Source: Eledone cirrhosa (taxonomy: Eukaryota). From it: a stretch of DNA of 64,000 nucleotides. A model generated the notes under the pieces. That model had not been told where the DNA came from, did not search any database, and saw nothing but the letters and a program-made list of their open reading frames with translations. A program made the translations under genes and the position numbers. How positions within the stretch are numbered: position 1 is the first letter of the stretch; each line of letters starts with the position of its first letter. Of the stretch, positions 1-12,894 are shown one piece after another. Where the stretch lies: positions 11,656,001 to 11,720,000 of the forward strand of contig OZ024762.1 in NCBI GenBank assembly GCA_964016885.1. The letters run 5' to 3'.

Positions 1-106
1 GAAGCCCGAGAGTGGTTTTATTTATATTTTATTTATAATAGATTCTAGTTCTGATTCTCAAATTTGAAAACAAAAAAAAAAAAAATCTTTTTTTTTTTTC
101 TCTTTC

Positions 107-184
<78 letters not shown>

Positions 185-429
185 TCTCTCTCTGCCCTTC
201 TTTCTCTACGCTTTCTCCCCCCACCTCTCTCTATCCCTCTCTATTTCCCACACTAGGTGTGGCTAATTGTGTTTTTTAAAAAGAGAGAGTGGGAAAATTG
301 TGTCTGTGTGTGTGATTGTGTATGCATGTGTGTGTGTATATATGTGTATGTGTGTAAGCATATGTGTGTGTGTGTGTGTCAGATGTTTGGCCTCATAGAT
401 TACATATATTCATTGTGTGTATGTGGGTG

Positions 430-460
<31 letters not shown>

Positions 461-993
461 ATATATATATGTGTGTGTGTGTGTGTATATATATATATGT
501 GTCAGATGTTTGGCCTCATTGTAGATTACATATATTCATTGGGTGTGTGTGTGAGAATGTGTGTGAATGTGTGCGAGTGTATGTGTCTGTGTGTATGTAT
601 GTGTGCAAGTGTATGTATGTGTGTGTGTGTGTATTTGGTGTTTTTATCAACTATCACAGCTTTCAGGAAATCAGTTTTATCATGACATGTGAATGTCATA
701 ATACATGAACAGTTTCATCTACAAAGACTTCTTATTACTACTACTACTACTACTACCTCCACCACTACTTGTATATTATCTATGATATTACAAACATTAA
801 TTAGGGGGTCCCTCTCTAAACATTGTGAGGGCCCTGATTAGATCCCAACCAGTCCCTTCCCCTAATTCACCACAACTTGCAAGGATAGGGTATCTTCTGA
901 AAAACTTGTTATACCTAACATTTTGGATGTGTTTGTCTAAATATATAGGTATATATATATAGATATGTGTGTGTGTGTGTATATATATATATA

Positions 994-1224
994 ACAAAGG
1001 GATTGCGGTAAGGAACCAGATGGACCATAACGCACCAGAGTACTCAATACTTAGGGTAGTAGAGTGGGAATAGGAAAAAGTATGACCCCGACGGCAGAGC
1101 TCAAGCCGTTTCGACGGCTATTTGACGGTAGAGCTCAAGCCATTTCGACGGCTATTTCTGGACTAGTCCAGAAATAGCCGTCGAAACGGCTTGAGCTCTG
1201 CCGTCGGGTCATACTTTTTCCTAT
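994..1224. mobile_element. Fold-back element family F3 (palindrome centred on ACTAGT at 1162-1167, plus ~80-bp tail)
   Basis: Arms taggaaaaagtatgaccccgacggc... / ...gccgtcgggtcatactttttccta; flanked by (TA)n. Confidence 0.8.
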
Positions 1225-1343
1225 ATATATATATATATATGTTAGGTAATTCCGAAGAAAAAGCAAAAGCAAAAGAAAAAAGAGTGCTCTATGCATAGAA
1301 CAGAGCTATTTAATTAGAAAGTGGACAACACAAAATATAACTA

Positions 1344-1401
1344 CTCCATTACCAAAGGTTTCTGGATCACAGACAATAATAATATCGGTCATCAGACAGA
1401 G
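1344..1401 (-). ncRNA. Degenerate hammerhead motif (F4) in element 1241-1410
   Basis: ctctgt-CTGATGA-(decayed stem II)-GAAA-CCTTTGG-TA-atggag; tail (agagcactc) shared with 18570-18641. Confidence 0.55.
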
Positions 1402-1544
1402 ATGTTAACATCACTTTCTATTATATATATATATTGCCTGTGTACAAAGTAAAACCTACAATCAGTAGGCACCTCTTAACCAAATATATACCCCATCCCA
1501 CTACCCCAACTCCCCCACCCCCAGGTGGCATGTCCACGTGTGTT

Positions 1545-2005
1545 CATCATCACCATCATCATCATCATACGTCCGCTCTTCCCTGCTTGCAAGGGTGGGA
1601 CAGGTCTTATTCAGCACAGCATCTCTCCACTTGTCACAGTCCTTCGTTATCTTCTCCCTGAGCTTCAGCGATCTGAGGTCTGCTCTCACCACCTCCGTCC
1701 ATGTTTTTCGTGGTCTACCTCTACCACGTCTTCCTTCAACTGGCATTTCCTGGCACTTCTTTACCCATCGGTCATGCTCCATGCGCATCACATGTCCATA
1801 CCACCACAGTCTCCTCTCCCGTACACTACATTCCATCCCTCTCAGACACAGTTTCTCTCTCAACACATTCATGTTGGGTCGTTCACGCACATTTACACTG
1901 CACATCCAACGGAGCATGCTTGCCTCATTTCTCTCCAGCCGTCGCATATCCTCTGCAGTTGCTGCCCATGTCTCACTACCATGCAGCATCGCGCTCCTCA
2001 CACAG
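1545..2005 (-). mobile_element. 5'-truncated RTE-clade LINE, 3' end with (GAT)n-type tail
   Basis: ORF 1501-2001(-): LHGSETWA...LERNEASMLRWM...RRLWWYGHVMRM...GRGRPRKTW, typical of the RTE ORF C-terminus; ends in GCGGACGTATGATGATGAT. Confidence 0.9.
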
Positions 2006-3219
2006 CATCATATATGGAATTCAAAAAGGTGTTTATTAGTGAAAAGATTATTGTGGAAGTCTGCAGTATTAGAGGAAAGGCTTAAATATTTAATGCGATG
2101 CAGTCATATTGCTGTTTTGTACTTAATAGGATTGTCTTACTAATGCGGTTCCGTGAGGTACAGGATGTTAAGAATTAATAGATATGTGTATATATGTGTA
2201 TCTGTATATATATGTGTATGTATATATATGTGTATGTGTGTATGTGTATATATGTGTGTATGTGTATATATGTGTGTGTATATGTGTATATATGTGTGTG
2301 TATGTGTATATATGTGTGTATATGTGTATATATGTGTATGTGTATATGTGTGTGTATGTGTATATATGTGTGTGTATATGTGTGTGTATATGTGTATATA
2401 TGTGTATGTGTATATATGTGTATATGTATGTGTGTATGTATATATGTGTGTATGTATATATATATATATGTGTGTGTATGTGTATATGTATATATATGTG
2501 TGTATGTGTATGTGTGTATGTGTATATGTATATATATATGTGTGTGTGTGTATATATATATGTATGTATATATATGTGTATGTATATATGTGTATATGTG
2601 TATATGTGTATAAATGTGTATATGTATATATATGTATGTATATATGTGTATATGTATACATATATGTGTATGTTTAACACATCAAAGATGTGTAAACAAA
2701 GCAGTACATGTACCTACATAGCTAAAACTATGTACAGTGGCTCTGTGTGTGTAAAAGAGTTTGTGTATATGTAATAAGTCTGTGTGTGTATATATAAATC
2801 TCTGTATGTGTAAAAGTGTGTATGTATATAAGTCCGTGTGTGTATGTATATGTCTCTGCGTGTGTAAAAGATGTTGTGTATATATAAATCTCTGTATGTG
2901 TAACAGTGTGTATGTATATAAGTCCGTGTGTGTATGTGTGTATGTATATGTCTGTGTGTGTAAAAGATGTTGTGTATATGTATAAGCCTGTGTGTGTATA
3001 TATAAATCTCTGTATGTGTAAAAGTGTGTATGTATATGTATATGTGTGTGTATGTATGTTTCTGTGAATAGTGTGTGTACGTGTGTGTGTGTGTGTGAGT
3101 GTGTGTGTGTTACTTTGTGTGTGACTCTGTATGTGTACGTAGCACCCAGTGGCTATTTTATTCTCCATAGAAATAAAAGTACATTCAGAAAACCATTCTG
3201 AACATGTCTGGAATATAAA

Positions 3220-3257
<38 letters not shown>

Positions 3258-3258
3258 G

Positions 3259-3289
<31 letters not shown>

Positions 3290-4250
3290 TCAGACTATTA
3301 CACACACACACACATGTACAGACTATCACACGTGTTCACAATATCTCACATGCACACATACACATCACACATGTGCACACACATGCAAACATTCATACAC
3401 ACACACACAATCCTGAATGTACATACAAATATACTTATACATACACATACATCTGTGTATACAAAATTATGCACATATGCACACAAAAAACTTACACCTG
3501 CATGCATGCATACATACACACAAACTTACCCACAAACACACACATATACTCATGAATGCACTGACAAACATACATACATGTATTCATACATACATACATA
3601 TATACACATACATGTATTCATACATACATACCCACAAACACACACATACTTTATGAATGCACTGACAAACATACATACACATACATGTATTCATACATAC
3701 ATATACACACACATCATACAATGTTTGGCAATGTCGACAACAGCTGTCCCTGCCCTGCATTACTAATCAACTCAATAGGAAGATCTTGTCACTCAACAAC
3801 ATATACCAATACTGTTTCATTGCCATAACACCATCATCACCACCACCACTGCAATTATCATCATCATCATCACCACCATCATCATTTCCACTGCAATCAT
3901 CACCACCATTATCATCATCATCTCCATCAACGCCATATATATGGGACTGGAAGAATTTTTTGGTAACGTTTTATCAATTTTTTCTTCAAACTTACATTCT
4001 AGACTTAGCTCCGTTTAATTGATTATTTGCCTCGTTAATTTCTACGGACTAAGAGGAAAGACTGGGTAAATTTTATCTGATTGTTCCTCATAGAGAAATA
4101 TCGATAACATTTATCTGTTATTCCTTTAAAGTTACATTTTAAACTTAGCTTCGTTTAAATGATTATTTATCTGGTTGATTTCTACGGAGTAAGTGGAGAA
4201 AAATTGGATAAATTTTGTTTGACTATTCTTCAAACTTATAATTTTATATA

Positions 4251-4549
4251 TGGAGGCACAACATGGCTTAGTGGTTAGAACATTGGCCTTGCAATCGAAA
4301 GGTTGTGAGTTCAATTCTCAGACTAGGTGATGTGTTGTTTCCTTGAGCAAGACACTTTATTTGACATTGCTCCAGTTTACTCAGCTGTAGAAATGAGATC
4401 GTGGTCGTGGAGGTGCCACGGCAAAAAAGCACCCAGCGCTCACTGTAAATGAGGTTGGTGTTAGGAAGGGCATCCAGCTGTAGAAATCAAGCCAGAATCA
4501 GTTCCCGTCCCACCCTTGCAAGCAGGGAAAAAGCGGACATAAAATGGAA

Positions 4550-4551
<2 letters not shown>
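4251..4551 (+). mobile_element. tRNA-derived SINE family A (CORE-like central motif, RTE-derived tail)
   Basis: A box TGGCTTAGTGG, B box GAGTTCAATTC, ccttgagcaagacactt motif; tail cccacccttgcaagcagggaaaaagcggac. Confidence 0.85.
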
Positions 4552-4591
<40 letters not shown>

Positions 4592-5763
4592 ACTTATACA
4601 AAAAGGGAAGCAGAGGATAGTATGTTCAATCAAGCTTATTCTACAATGCGAGGACCAAAGACGTGAGGTGTTCAGGATTGTGAGACAATGTGTCAAGGAA
4701 AATTGTTCCAATCTGATGGTCAGCTCCTTTTCAAGAGTTGTGACAGGCAGATAGTATCAGCTATGGAAACATGGTCTCCCTGGTCCGATCTGATGGTCAT
4801 CTCCTTTCTTTTCTTCCTGACAAAGAATATCTTCAATGGAAAAACCAATGGAAACATTGTTTCTTAGGTCCATGTAGTACTGACCATAAACTATATGTCC
4901 AGTACCAGGTGCTAGTAGAGCATATACTACTGACTATAAACTATGTCCAGTACAAACCATTAGTCATGCTTTGTATCTCCATAACAGAAGAGTTCCTCAT
5001 AAAATAAATACTGTAAAAAAACTGATGACTAGCTGTGCAGTCAACCGGAAGTGCAGTCTTTATATTGTACCAGATGTGCTGATGCATGTCTTTGTTTGTG
5101 TCAGTCAGTGCATCTGTCTGTATGTCTGTCAGTCTGTGTCTCTGTCAGTCTCTGTGCTTGTGTCTGTCTGTCTGTGTCTATTTGTTTGTGTCTGTGTGTC
5201 TATTTGTATGTCTGTATGTGTGTCTATCTGAAGTGCAGTATTTGCAACAGAACTCACTGGTGCATGTGTATGTATGTGTGTGTGTGTGTGTGCTTATCAG
5301 CGTGTCTTTTTGTCTGTGTGTGCACATGTATGTATGTGTGAGTGTGAGTGTGTCTGTACGTATGTAAGTATCTATTTGTGTGTGTGTGTGTGTGTATGCA
5401 TGTGTGTGTCTGTCTGGATTTTTTTATATTTTGAACTTAACTTACTGACCCCTAACCCTGCCCACCCCTGGGAATCAGGACCCTAGATTGGGGACTGCTA
5501 GACTAATCTCTCCTCCCTCAATAATTGTTTCTACTTTTGGTACAAGGCCAGCAATATCACCAGTGTATTACTGGTACTTTATTTCATCGACTTCGTAAGG
5601 ATGAAAGGCAAAGTTAACCTCGGCGATAACTCTATGCTGCGAAGCATGGCGTCCGACGCTCTACCGATTCTGCCAATCCACCGTCCTCAATAATATGTGG
5701 CCTGGTGCCTGTATTAGTAACAATAGTTGTTGTTTTAACTAATGTATGTTGTTGTTGTTGCAG

Positions 5764-5862
5764 GAACAGGATTGCCATATTCCACAAGACAGGTGGTGTT
5801 ACCTCAAACTGGACAGACCTCAACTCAGGTGAATCACATCGGAGATAACTTACAATCTACAG
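5764..5862 (+). other. Candidate isolated 99-bp phase-1 coding exon (GTGLPYSTRQVVLPQTGQTSTQVNHIGDNLQST)
   Basis: Unique sequence bounded by ttgttgcag| and |gtaaaa; length is a multiple of 3; only one frame is open. No partner exons found. Confidence 0.35.
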
Positions 5863-6580
5863 GTAAAAATAATGCTAATTATCTTTAAGATTGTGTGTCA
5901 GTGGGTGGAGGTTGGTGTGGGGTAAGGGGGGGGGGGGGGGTAATTTACGGAGGTTTTTATTTTTTTGTCTATTTAAAAAAAATAAACTAGAATTTTTTCA
6001 ACATACTGATGCGTATATGTGTGTGTATGTGCATATGCATACATTTATATGTATGAGTATATAAATATAAACAAGCAAACACACACTCTTACAGAAATAC
6101 ACACTCACAGACATACATTCAGACAAATACACATACATTTACACACACACACACATACACTTACACACACACACATACATTTACACACACACACATACAC
6201 TTACACACACACACATACGCTCGCTCATAGCTGTCACATCATATTACAGCTCACATCAATGTAGGTTTAAATGGCCTCATACAAGATTGCATCCCATAAG
6301 AGGTTTCACAGGAGTTTTAATGATAGGGAGCCCCAGTCCTATCATGTTGTTATTACAGCTCACCCCTTTGTAGGTTTGTTTAACTGGCCTCCAACAAGGT
6401 CATATCACATCAGTTTCTTTGGTGTTTTAATGATAGGGGGCCCCAGTTTTGTCATGAAAACAAACATAAAATGAAACATCTTGCTCAAGAAGACAATATG
6501 CGATACGTTCCAGAAATCGAACCAAAGTTCTTATGATTATGAACAGCTCCCTAACCACTTGGCCACACAAGTAAACAATA

Positions 6581-7090
6581 TCTATTTAGGGCGGGTAAAA
6601 TTCCCGAGATCTATGGAGGAGTTCTCTCCAACGGTCTCTGTCCCTCATTTATCGCTGCCATATCCTGCATCTCCAAGAGACCAGTGTCTGTTATTTGGGC
6701 ATCAACATACATTAACCTTGGTCTCCCTCTTCCAGTCTGTCCATGCAGGGGCTCCCACAGGAGCACTGAGTGCAGTGTCAACTCTGGATGTCGGTAGGCA
6801 TGTCCAGCTAACCTCAGTCTCCTCTGTGTTACTTTCAAGCTGTATATATATATACACACACATAAATATCCTCGGTCTCCGTCTTCCAGTGTGTCCATGC
6901 AGGGGCTCCCACAGGAGCACTGAGTGCAGTGTCAACTCTGGATGTCGGTGAGCATGTCCAGCTAACCTCAGTCTCCTCTGTGTCACTTTCGAGCTGACTT
7001 TTGGGAGGCTCCCGTACAGCTCTGAGTTCTTCATCCTCAGTGTACACTGATTGATGTTCAGAGCCATCCTCAGCATTCTCGTAAACAATA
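6581..7090 (-). mobile_element. RTE-like LINE 3' fragment (second family) with an internal duplication of ~125 bp
   Basis: TRMLRMALN...LYGSLPKVSSKVTQRRLRLAGH.HRHPEL...LLWEP.HG.TGRGRPR; segment ~6715-6840 repeated at ~6870-6995. Confidence 0.85.
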
Positions 7091-7734
7091 TTGGAATAAT
7101 TAAATGGAAGAATGACAGAAGAAAAGTAAAGAATGCGTTTAAGGATTGCTTATCTAACCATGTGGAACACTGCCCAGTTAAATAGATAGTAATGTCGGAA
7201 TAGCAGAATGACAGAATAGACTAGAATGGATTAGAAGAACAGATTGAGAAACTTATCTGATAAGGGATTACTGCCCAGAATCGAAGAATTTCAGAAGTCT
7301 GGGCGTTGGCTAAATTATGTGGTACCACCTGCATTCCATCTCCAGATACTCCTGTCTTTATCACAGAGAGGGGGGTGGCAGTGGGGAGAGGGAAGGGGGA
7401 AGAGAGAGGGGGAAGTGGGAGAGAAAGAGGGGATGTGAGAGAGAGAGGGTAGGAGAGAAAGAAGGGAGGGAGATGAGAAGGACTGTATTACAGTCTATTA
7501 TCTCCAGATATTCCATTTTCAGTGCCAAGAACTGAAGAATTCTTAAGGTTTAATTTTCAGCAGGTATTGTCTGTTATCTTGTCTCCACAGTAAAGAACAT
7601 ATTGCATACCCCATCCCCCTGCTCCAACCTTCTCAAATATGTCTGGGTTAACCCCTTCCATTACTATATTTCTAATGAAAGACATTGCCTATTATTTTCA
7701 AATAATTTTGAAAATAATAAAAAATTTCACATTC

Positions 7735-8905
7735 ACATAAGTATGTAGCTGGGAGATGAGAGAGTCACTCGAGGTAGAGCTGCTACTTCTCCGAATTGAG
7801 GGATCACAGCTCTGATATTATGGACATGTGGTTAGAATGTCTCCAGAGATGAGAGAGTCACTCGAGGTAGAGCTGCTACTTCTCCGAATTGAGGGATCAC
7901 AGCTCTGATATTATGGACATGTGGTTAGAATGTCTCTGGAGATGAGAGAATCACTCGAGGTAGAGCTGCTACTTCTCAGAATTGAGGGATCACAGCTCTG
8001 ATATTATGGACATGTGGTTAGAATGTCTCCAGAGATGAGAGAGTCACTCGAGGTAGAGCTGCTACTTCTCCTAATTGAGGGATCACAGCTCTGATATTAT
8101 GGACATGTGGTTAGAATGTCTCCAGAGATGAGAGAGTCACTCGAGGTAGAGCTGCTACTTCTCCGAATTGAGGGATCACAGCTCTGATATTATGGACATG
8201 TGGTTAGAATGTCTCCAGAGATGAGAGAGTCACTCGAGGTAGAGCTGCTACTTCTCCGAATTGAGGGATCACAGCTCTGATATTATGGACATGTGGTTAG
8301 AATGTCTCTGGAGATGAGAGAATCACTCGAGGTAGAGCTGCTACTTCTCAGAATTGAGGGATCACAGCTCTGATATTATGGACATGTGGTTAGAATGTCT
8401 CCAGAGATGAGAGAGTCACTCGAGGTAGAGCTGCTACTTCTCCTAATTGAGGGATCACAGCTCTGATATTATGGACATGTGGTTAGAATGTCTCCAGAGA
8501 TGAGAGAGTCACTCGAGGTAGAGCTGCTACTTCTCCGAATTGAGGGATCACAGCTCTGATATTATGGACATGTGGTTAGAATGTCTCCAGAGATGAGAGA
8601 GTCACTCGAGGTAGAGCTGCTACTTCTCCTAATTGAGGGATCACAGCTCTGATATTATGGACATGTGGTTAGAATGTCTCAGGAAAGAATCGCTTGGCAG
8701 ATTTTTATGGGCAAAACCAACTGTCAAGGGACCCAGGGGTAGACCCCGAGCAAGGTGGTTGGATAACATCCATGAGCTTGGTTGGTCTCGCTTAGGGGAT
8801 CCAGCTGGATCAGTTGGAGAAGGTGGCTTTTGACAGGACCTGCTGGAGGGAGTGTTTGAGGACTCTGACCCCACAGCACTCTCAGGAATAGGTGGAAAAA
8901 GGAGG
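7735..8905 (+). mobile_element. Rex3/Expander-like RTE 3' fragment containing a 10 x 93-bp tandem array (7753-8680)
   Basis: Unit translates EMRESLEVELLLLRIEGSQL*YYGHVVRMS; followed by PRGRPRARWLDNIHELGWSRLG. Confidence 0.85.
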
Positions 8906-9333
8906 AGAAATTTGGAAGGATTTAGTAATATAACTAACTTTATTATTATTCTGCTGATGTTTGGTACATAACTTACCAAAGGTTCTTGTATGAAATTACA
9001 ATTATTTTAATTAATTAATTGTTTCTACTTTTTGGCACAAGGCCAGTAATTACCCAGTACATTACTGGTACTTTATTTTATCGACCCCGTAAGGATGAAA
9101 GGCAAAGTTAACCTCGACGGGATTTGAACTCAGAATGGCAAGGGCCGTAACTCTATGTGTCAAAGCATGGCGTCTGACCCTCTACCGATACTGCCAATCC
9201 ACCACATCTATTTTAATTAATTAATGAAGAAATTTGAGGGATTAACTAAAATTATTAATTATTTCATTACTAAGATAGTAACTTAATGAAGGTTCTTATA
9301 AAAATTATGTTGGAAGATTTAAATTGGAAACAT

Positions 9334-10134
9334 TTAACCCTTTAGCATTTACATTACTCTATATATACTATTGTATTTTCACAGTAAAGGCTTTACCTCA
9401 CATAATATCTCACATAACATTTACATTACTCTATATATACTATTGTATTTTCACAGTAAAGGCTTTACCTCACATAATATCTCACATAACATTTACATTA
9501 CTCTATATATATACTATTGTATTTTCACAGTAAAGTCTTTACCTCACATAATATCTCACATAACATTTACATTACTCTATATATACTATTGTATTTTCAC
9601 AGTAAAGGCTTTACCTCACATAATATCTCACATAACATTTACATTACTCTATATATACTATTGTATTTTCACAGTAAAGGCTTTACCTCACATAATATCT
9701 CACATAACATTTACATTACTCTATATATACTATTGTATTTTCACAGTAAAGACTTTACCTCACATAATATCTCACATAACATTTACATTACTCTATATAT
9801 ACTATTATATTTTCACAGTAAAGGCTTTACCTCACATAATATCTCACATAACATTTACATTACTCTATATTTACTATTATATTTTCACAGTAAAGGCTTT
9901 ACCTCACATAATATCTCACATAACATTTACATTACTCTATATATACTATTGTATTTTCACAGTAAAGGCTTTACCTCATATAATATCGCATCTACAAGAT
10001 TTAATGTTATATTTTGAGAACTATATCTTAACATCAGTATGAGCAGCCAGTTACAGCCAGTTACAGCCGGTTTGAAGAGAAAGAGGTGAAAGAATTCTGG
10101 CCGGTTACAGCTGGTTTAAATGCTAAAGGGTTAA
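9334..10134 (+). mobile_element. piggyBac-like MITE (TTAA-CCCTTTAGCATTTA ... TAAATGCTAAAGGG-TTAA) containing ~9 x 72-bp tandem
   Basis: 14-bp TIRs with TTAA on both sides; 72-bp unit from 9346. Confidence 0.85.
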
Positions 10135-11174
10135 ACATCTGGCCTTGCGTACGCCCACATCATCATGCTACATCTGTAGTAATACATAGGATTAAATTAC
10201 TAAAATATAGAAGTTGGAGCGGGGTGAATATCAGTCCTCAGCTCAATGTATCCTTGTTAGTGCATTGGCGTTGGGTGTTCTGTTGCAGTGGGGTGGTAAG
10301 GGTATGAAAGAGGATCCACACCCACGCCTTTGTCACATCAGGGGGTGGTGGGGTGGAGGGGGTGTTATGTATAAGGGCGGTGTAGGTGACTAAACAGAGT
10401 GGGTGGTCTGAGAGGAGAGTAAGGGTAGGGCTATGTAAGAGAAAATAAAGAAATGGAGGGGGTGTATGTGAGTGACCATAGCTTGGGGGGGGGGTAACAC
10501 TGAGGGTAGGGTTATGTAAGAGGGGAAAGAAATGGGCGGGGGGGGACCACAACTGGAAGGGGGTGAGGTCAAGGGAAGAGTTAAGGAGGGGGTGAGGTCA
10601 AGGAGGGGGTGTAAGTGACCACAGCTGCGAGGAGGGGAGAGGAATGGAGGAGGTGCTGGGGACCACAACTGGAAGGGAGTGAGGTCGAGGGGAGAGAAAT
10701 GGAGGAGGTTGGTGGGGTCACAACTGGAAGCAGGGCGGGATGGAGGGGAGAGAAATGGAGAGGATGTTGGGGACCACAACTGGAAGCGGGGTGAAGTCGA
10801 GGGGAGAGAAAAGGAGGGGGTGTTGGGGACCACAGCTAGTGGGGGTGAGGGCCAGGGGTATATAAGGGAGAAGGAAGCTAAAGGTGGGGACATAGGTGAC
10901 CATATCTGGGGAGGAAGGTGAGAGCAAGAGGATATGTAAGAAAGAGGAGAGAAAAGGAAGGAAGGGGACTGTAGGTTACCAAACGAGTTCTTGGTTGTCC
11001 AGCTTCAAACATGAGGAAAGTAATGTCTTTAATAGGGACTTCTCAATATCACCTTTTCTCTCTCTCTCTTTCTCTCTCTGAAGGACTAGCGTCCGTTAAG
11101 ACCCTCTTCCTGCTATTTCAAGCTTAAACTAATATAGTCCTGCCATATACTGTACCGATTGTGTTATTTCTGTT

Positions 11175-11213
<39 letters not shown>

Positions 11214-11381
11214 AAAGTTAAACAAGGTTCAATGAATACATCAAAGAATGAGTTTTACAATAGATTGGAAGCATTCAACAGAAAAGCTTTTCCAGAGCTA
11301 TTAATATTAATTCAAAATAGATATGACTACCATGACTGAATCTTAACCATCTACTAAGTCAGGGTATGTCATGCATCATCT

Positions 11382-11448
11382 TATTTTATCTGATGAGAAC
11401 GTACTGTTGAACTTAACTCAGTACCTCTGAAATATGTATAATAAAATA
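11382..11448 (+). ncRNA. Hammerhead ribozyme motif (family F2-like)
   Basis: tattttat-CTGATGA-..gtactg/cagtac..-GAAA-TATGTA-TA-ataaaata; base of stem II imperfect. Confidence 0.65.
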
Positions 11449-11491
11449 TACTTGATCACAAGAATATCTATTTTGTTAATATTTTGAATTA

Positions 11492-11525
<34 letters not shown>

Positions 11526-11555
11526 AGATCAAAAGATGGTTAAAGGAGTTCCATG

Positions 11556-11626
11556 TATTTTATTATGCGCATTTCAAAAACAAATATCATCATGCAATAA
11601 TATTTGTGTTTTCATCAGATAAAATA
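11556..11626 (-). ncRNA. Minimal type-I hammerhead ribozyme motif (F1, opposite arm)
   Basis: Reverse complement of 11831-11901. Confidence 0.8.
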
Positions 11627-11830
11627 GGAAGACATAATATGAAGGTTAAAAAACACTTGTGAATAGTGCAGTTTTGATATGTTGATTTAAAACTGCACCA
11701 TCCACAAGTGTTTCTCAACCTTCATATCATGTCTTCCTATCCCATCTGATGAAAACACAAATGTTTTTAAATCAACATATCAAAACTGCACTATTCACAA
11801 GTGTTTTTTAACCTTCATATCATGTCTTCC

Positions 11831-11901
11831 TATTTTATCTGATGAAAACACAAATATTATTGCATGATGATATTTGTTTTTGAAATGCGCATAATAAAAT
11901 A
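11831..11901 (+). ncRNA. Minimal type-I hammerhead ribozyme motif (F1)
   Basis: Stem I tattttat/ataaaata; CTGATGA; ~15-bp stem II; GAAA; palindromic TGCGCA stem III; TA cleavage site (after 11893). Confidence 0.8.
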
Positions 11902-12028
11902 CATGGAACTCCTTTAACCATCTTTTGATCTTATATATTATGTATACTCCAGTCCTACAAACTGTAGAGTGCTTCTTATCCGATATCTGCATTGCTTTAT
12001 TGTACTACAATAAAACTCACCTCCTACA

Positions 12029-12068
<40 letters not shown>

Positions 12069-12894
12069 AAAGGTAAACAGAAATATATATATAAAGGTAA
12101 ACAGAAATATATATATATATACCTGTTCCAGCCATCCGGCTGAGACCATGCTGGGGCACCGACCGCCCTTGTTATATATATATATATCTGACTCTCTCTC
12201 TCAAACACATGGTGAAATTCAGGAAATTTCATAACCAAACCTCCCCCCTCCCCCCTCTCCCTCTCTCTCCCACCCCCCTCTCTCCCACCCCCCCTCTCTC
12301 TCTCTCTACAAATGTGTAAAGGATAGTTGGTCTATCATTTGATTCTTTTCTCAACTTAAGTCTTCATCTCTGTATGTGTGTCTATCTCTGTGTGTGTCTG
12401 TCTATCTCTATGTGTGTGCCTACGTATGTGTGTCTGTCTATATGTGTGTGTGTGTGTATCTGTCTGTGCATGTCTGTTTATCTCTGTGTATGTGTGTGTG
12501 TGTCACTGTGTGTGTTTGTTCCTCTGTGTGTGTGTGTGTGGTGCCCATGTGTGTATCTGTCTGTGCATGTCTGTCTATCTGTGTGTATGTGTGTGTGTCC
12601 ATGTGTGTCTGTCTGTGTGTGCCTGTGTCTGTCTGTCTGTGTGTCCTTGTGTGTGTGTCTGTCTGTCTGTCTGTGTGTGTCCATGTGTGTGAGTCTGTCT
12701 GTGTGTGTCCATGTGTGTGTGTCTGTGTCTTCATGTATGTGTCAGTGTGTCTCTGTTGTTTAGCCCCCCCCCCCTCTCACTTATCACACTTGGAAGAAAC
12801 TTCTCATCAAACACATTCCACCCATCCCAGTTCTGTCTTGTTTTCTATTTATTTAGGGCTGTGCTAGACTCCATTATCTAATACACAGCTTTCT

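Larger units (their letters stand above)
11521..12028. mobile_element. Fold-back, hammerhead-bearing Penelope-pLTR-like element, family F1 (copy 1), in (TA)n
   Basis: Arms 11521-11690 and 11763-11935 are reverse complements; ~90-bp one-sided tail with AATAAA; matches 61390-61810. Confidence 0.8.

Noticed and set aside
4251-4330. tRNA genes at A/B-box-bearing sequences
   Set aside because: No cloverleaf; they continue into SINE bodies and are multi-copy
10300-10930. G-rich tracts as functional G-quadruplex or regulatory elements (also 44980-45275, 46735-46970)
   Set aside because: Low-complexity degenerate repeats with no independent evidence of function
10896-11081. Possible Penelope GIY-YIG C-terminal remnant upstream of the 11078 element
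   Set aside because: Similarity too weak to support by eye
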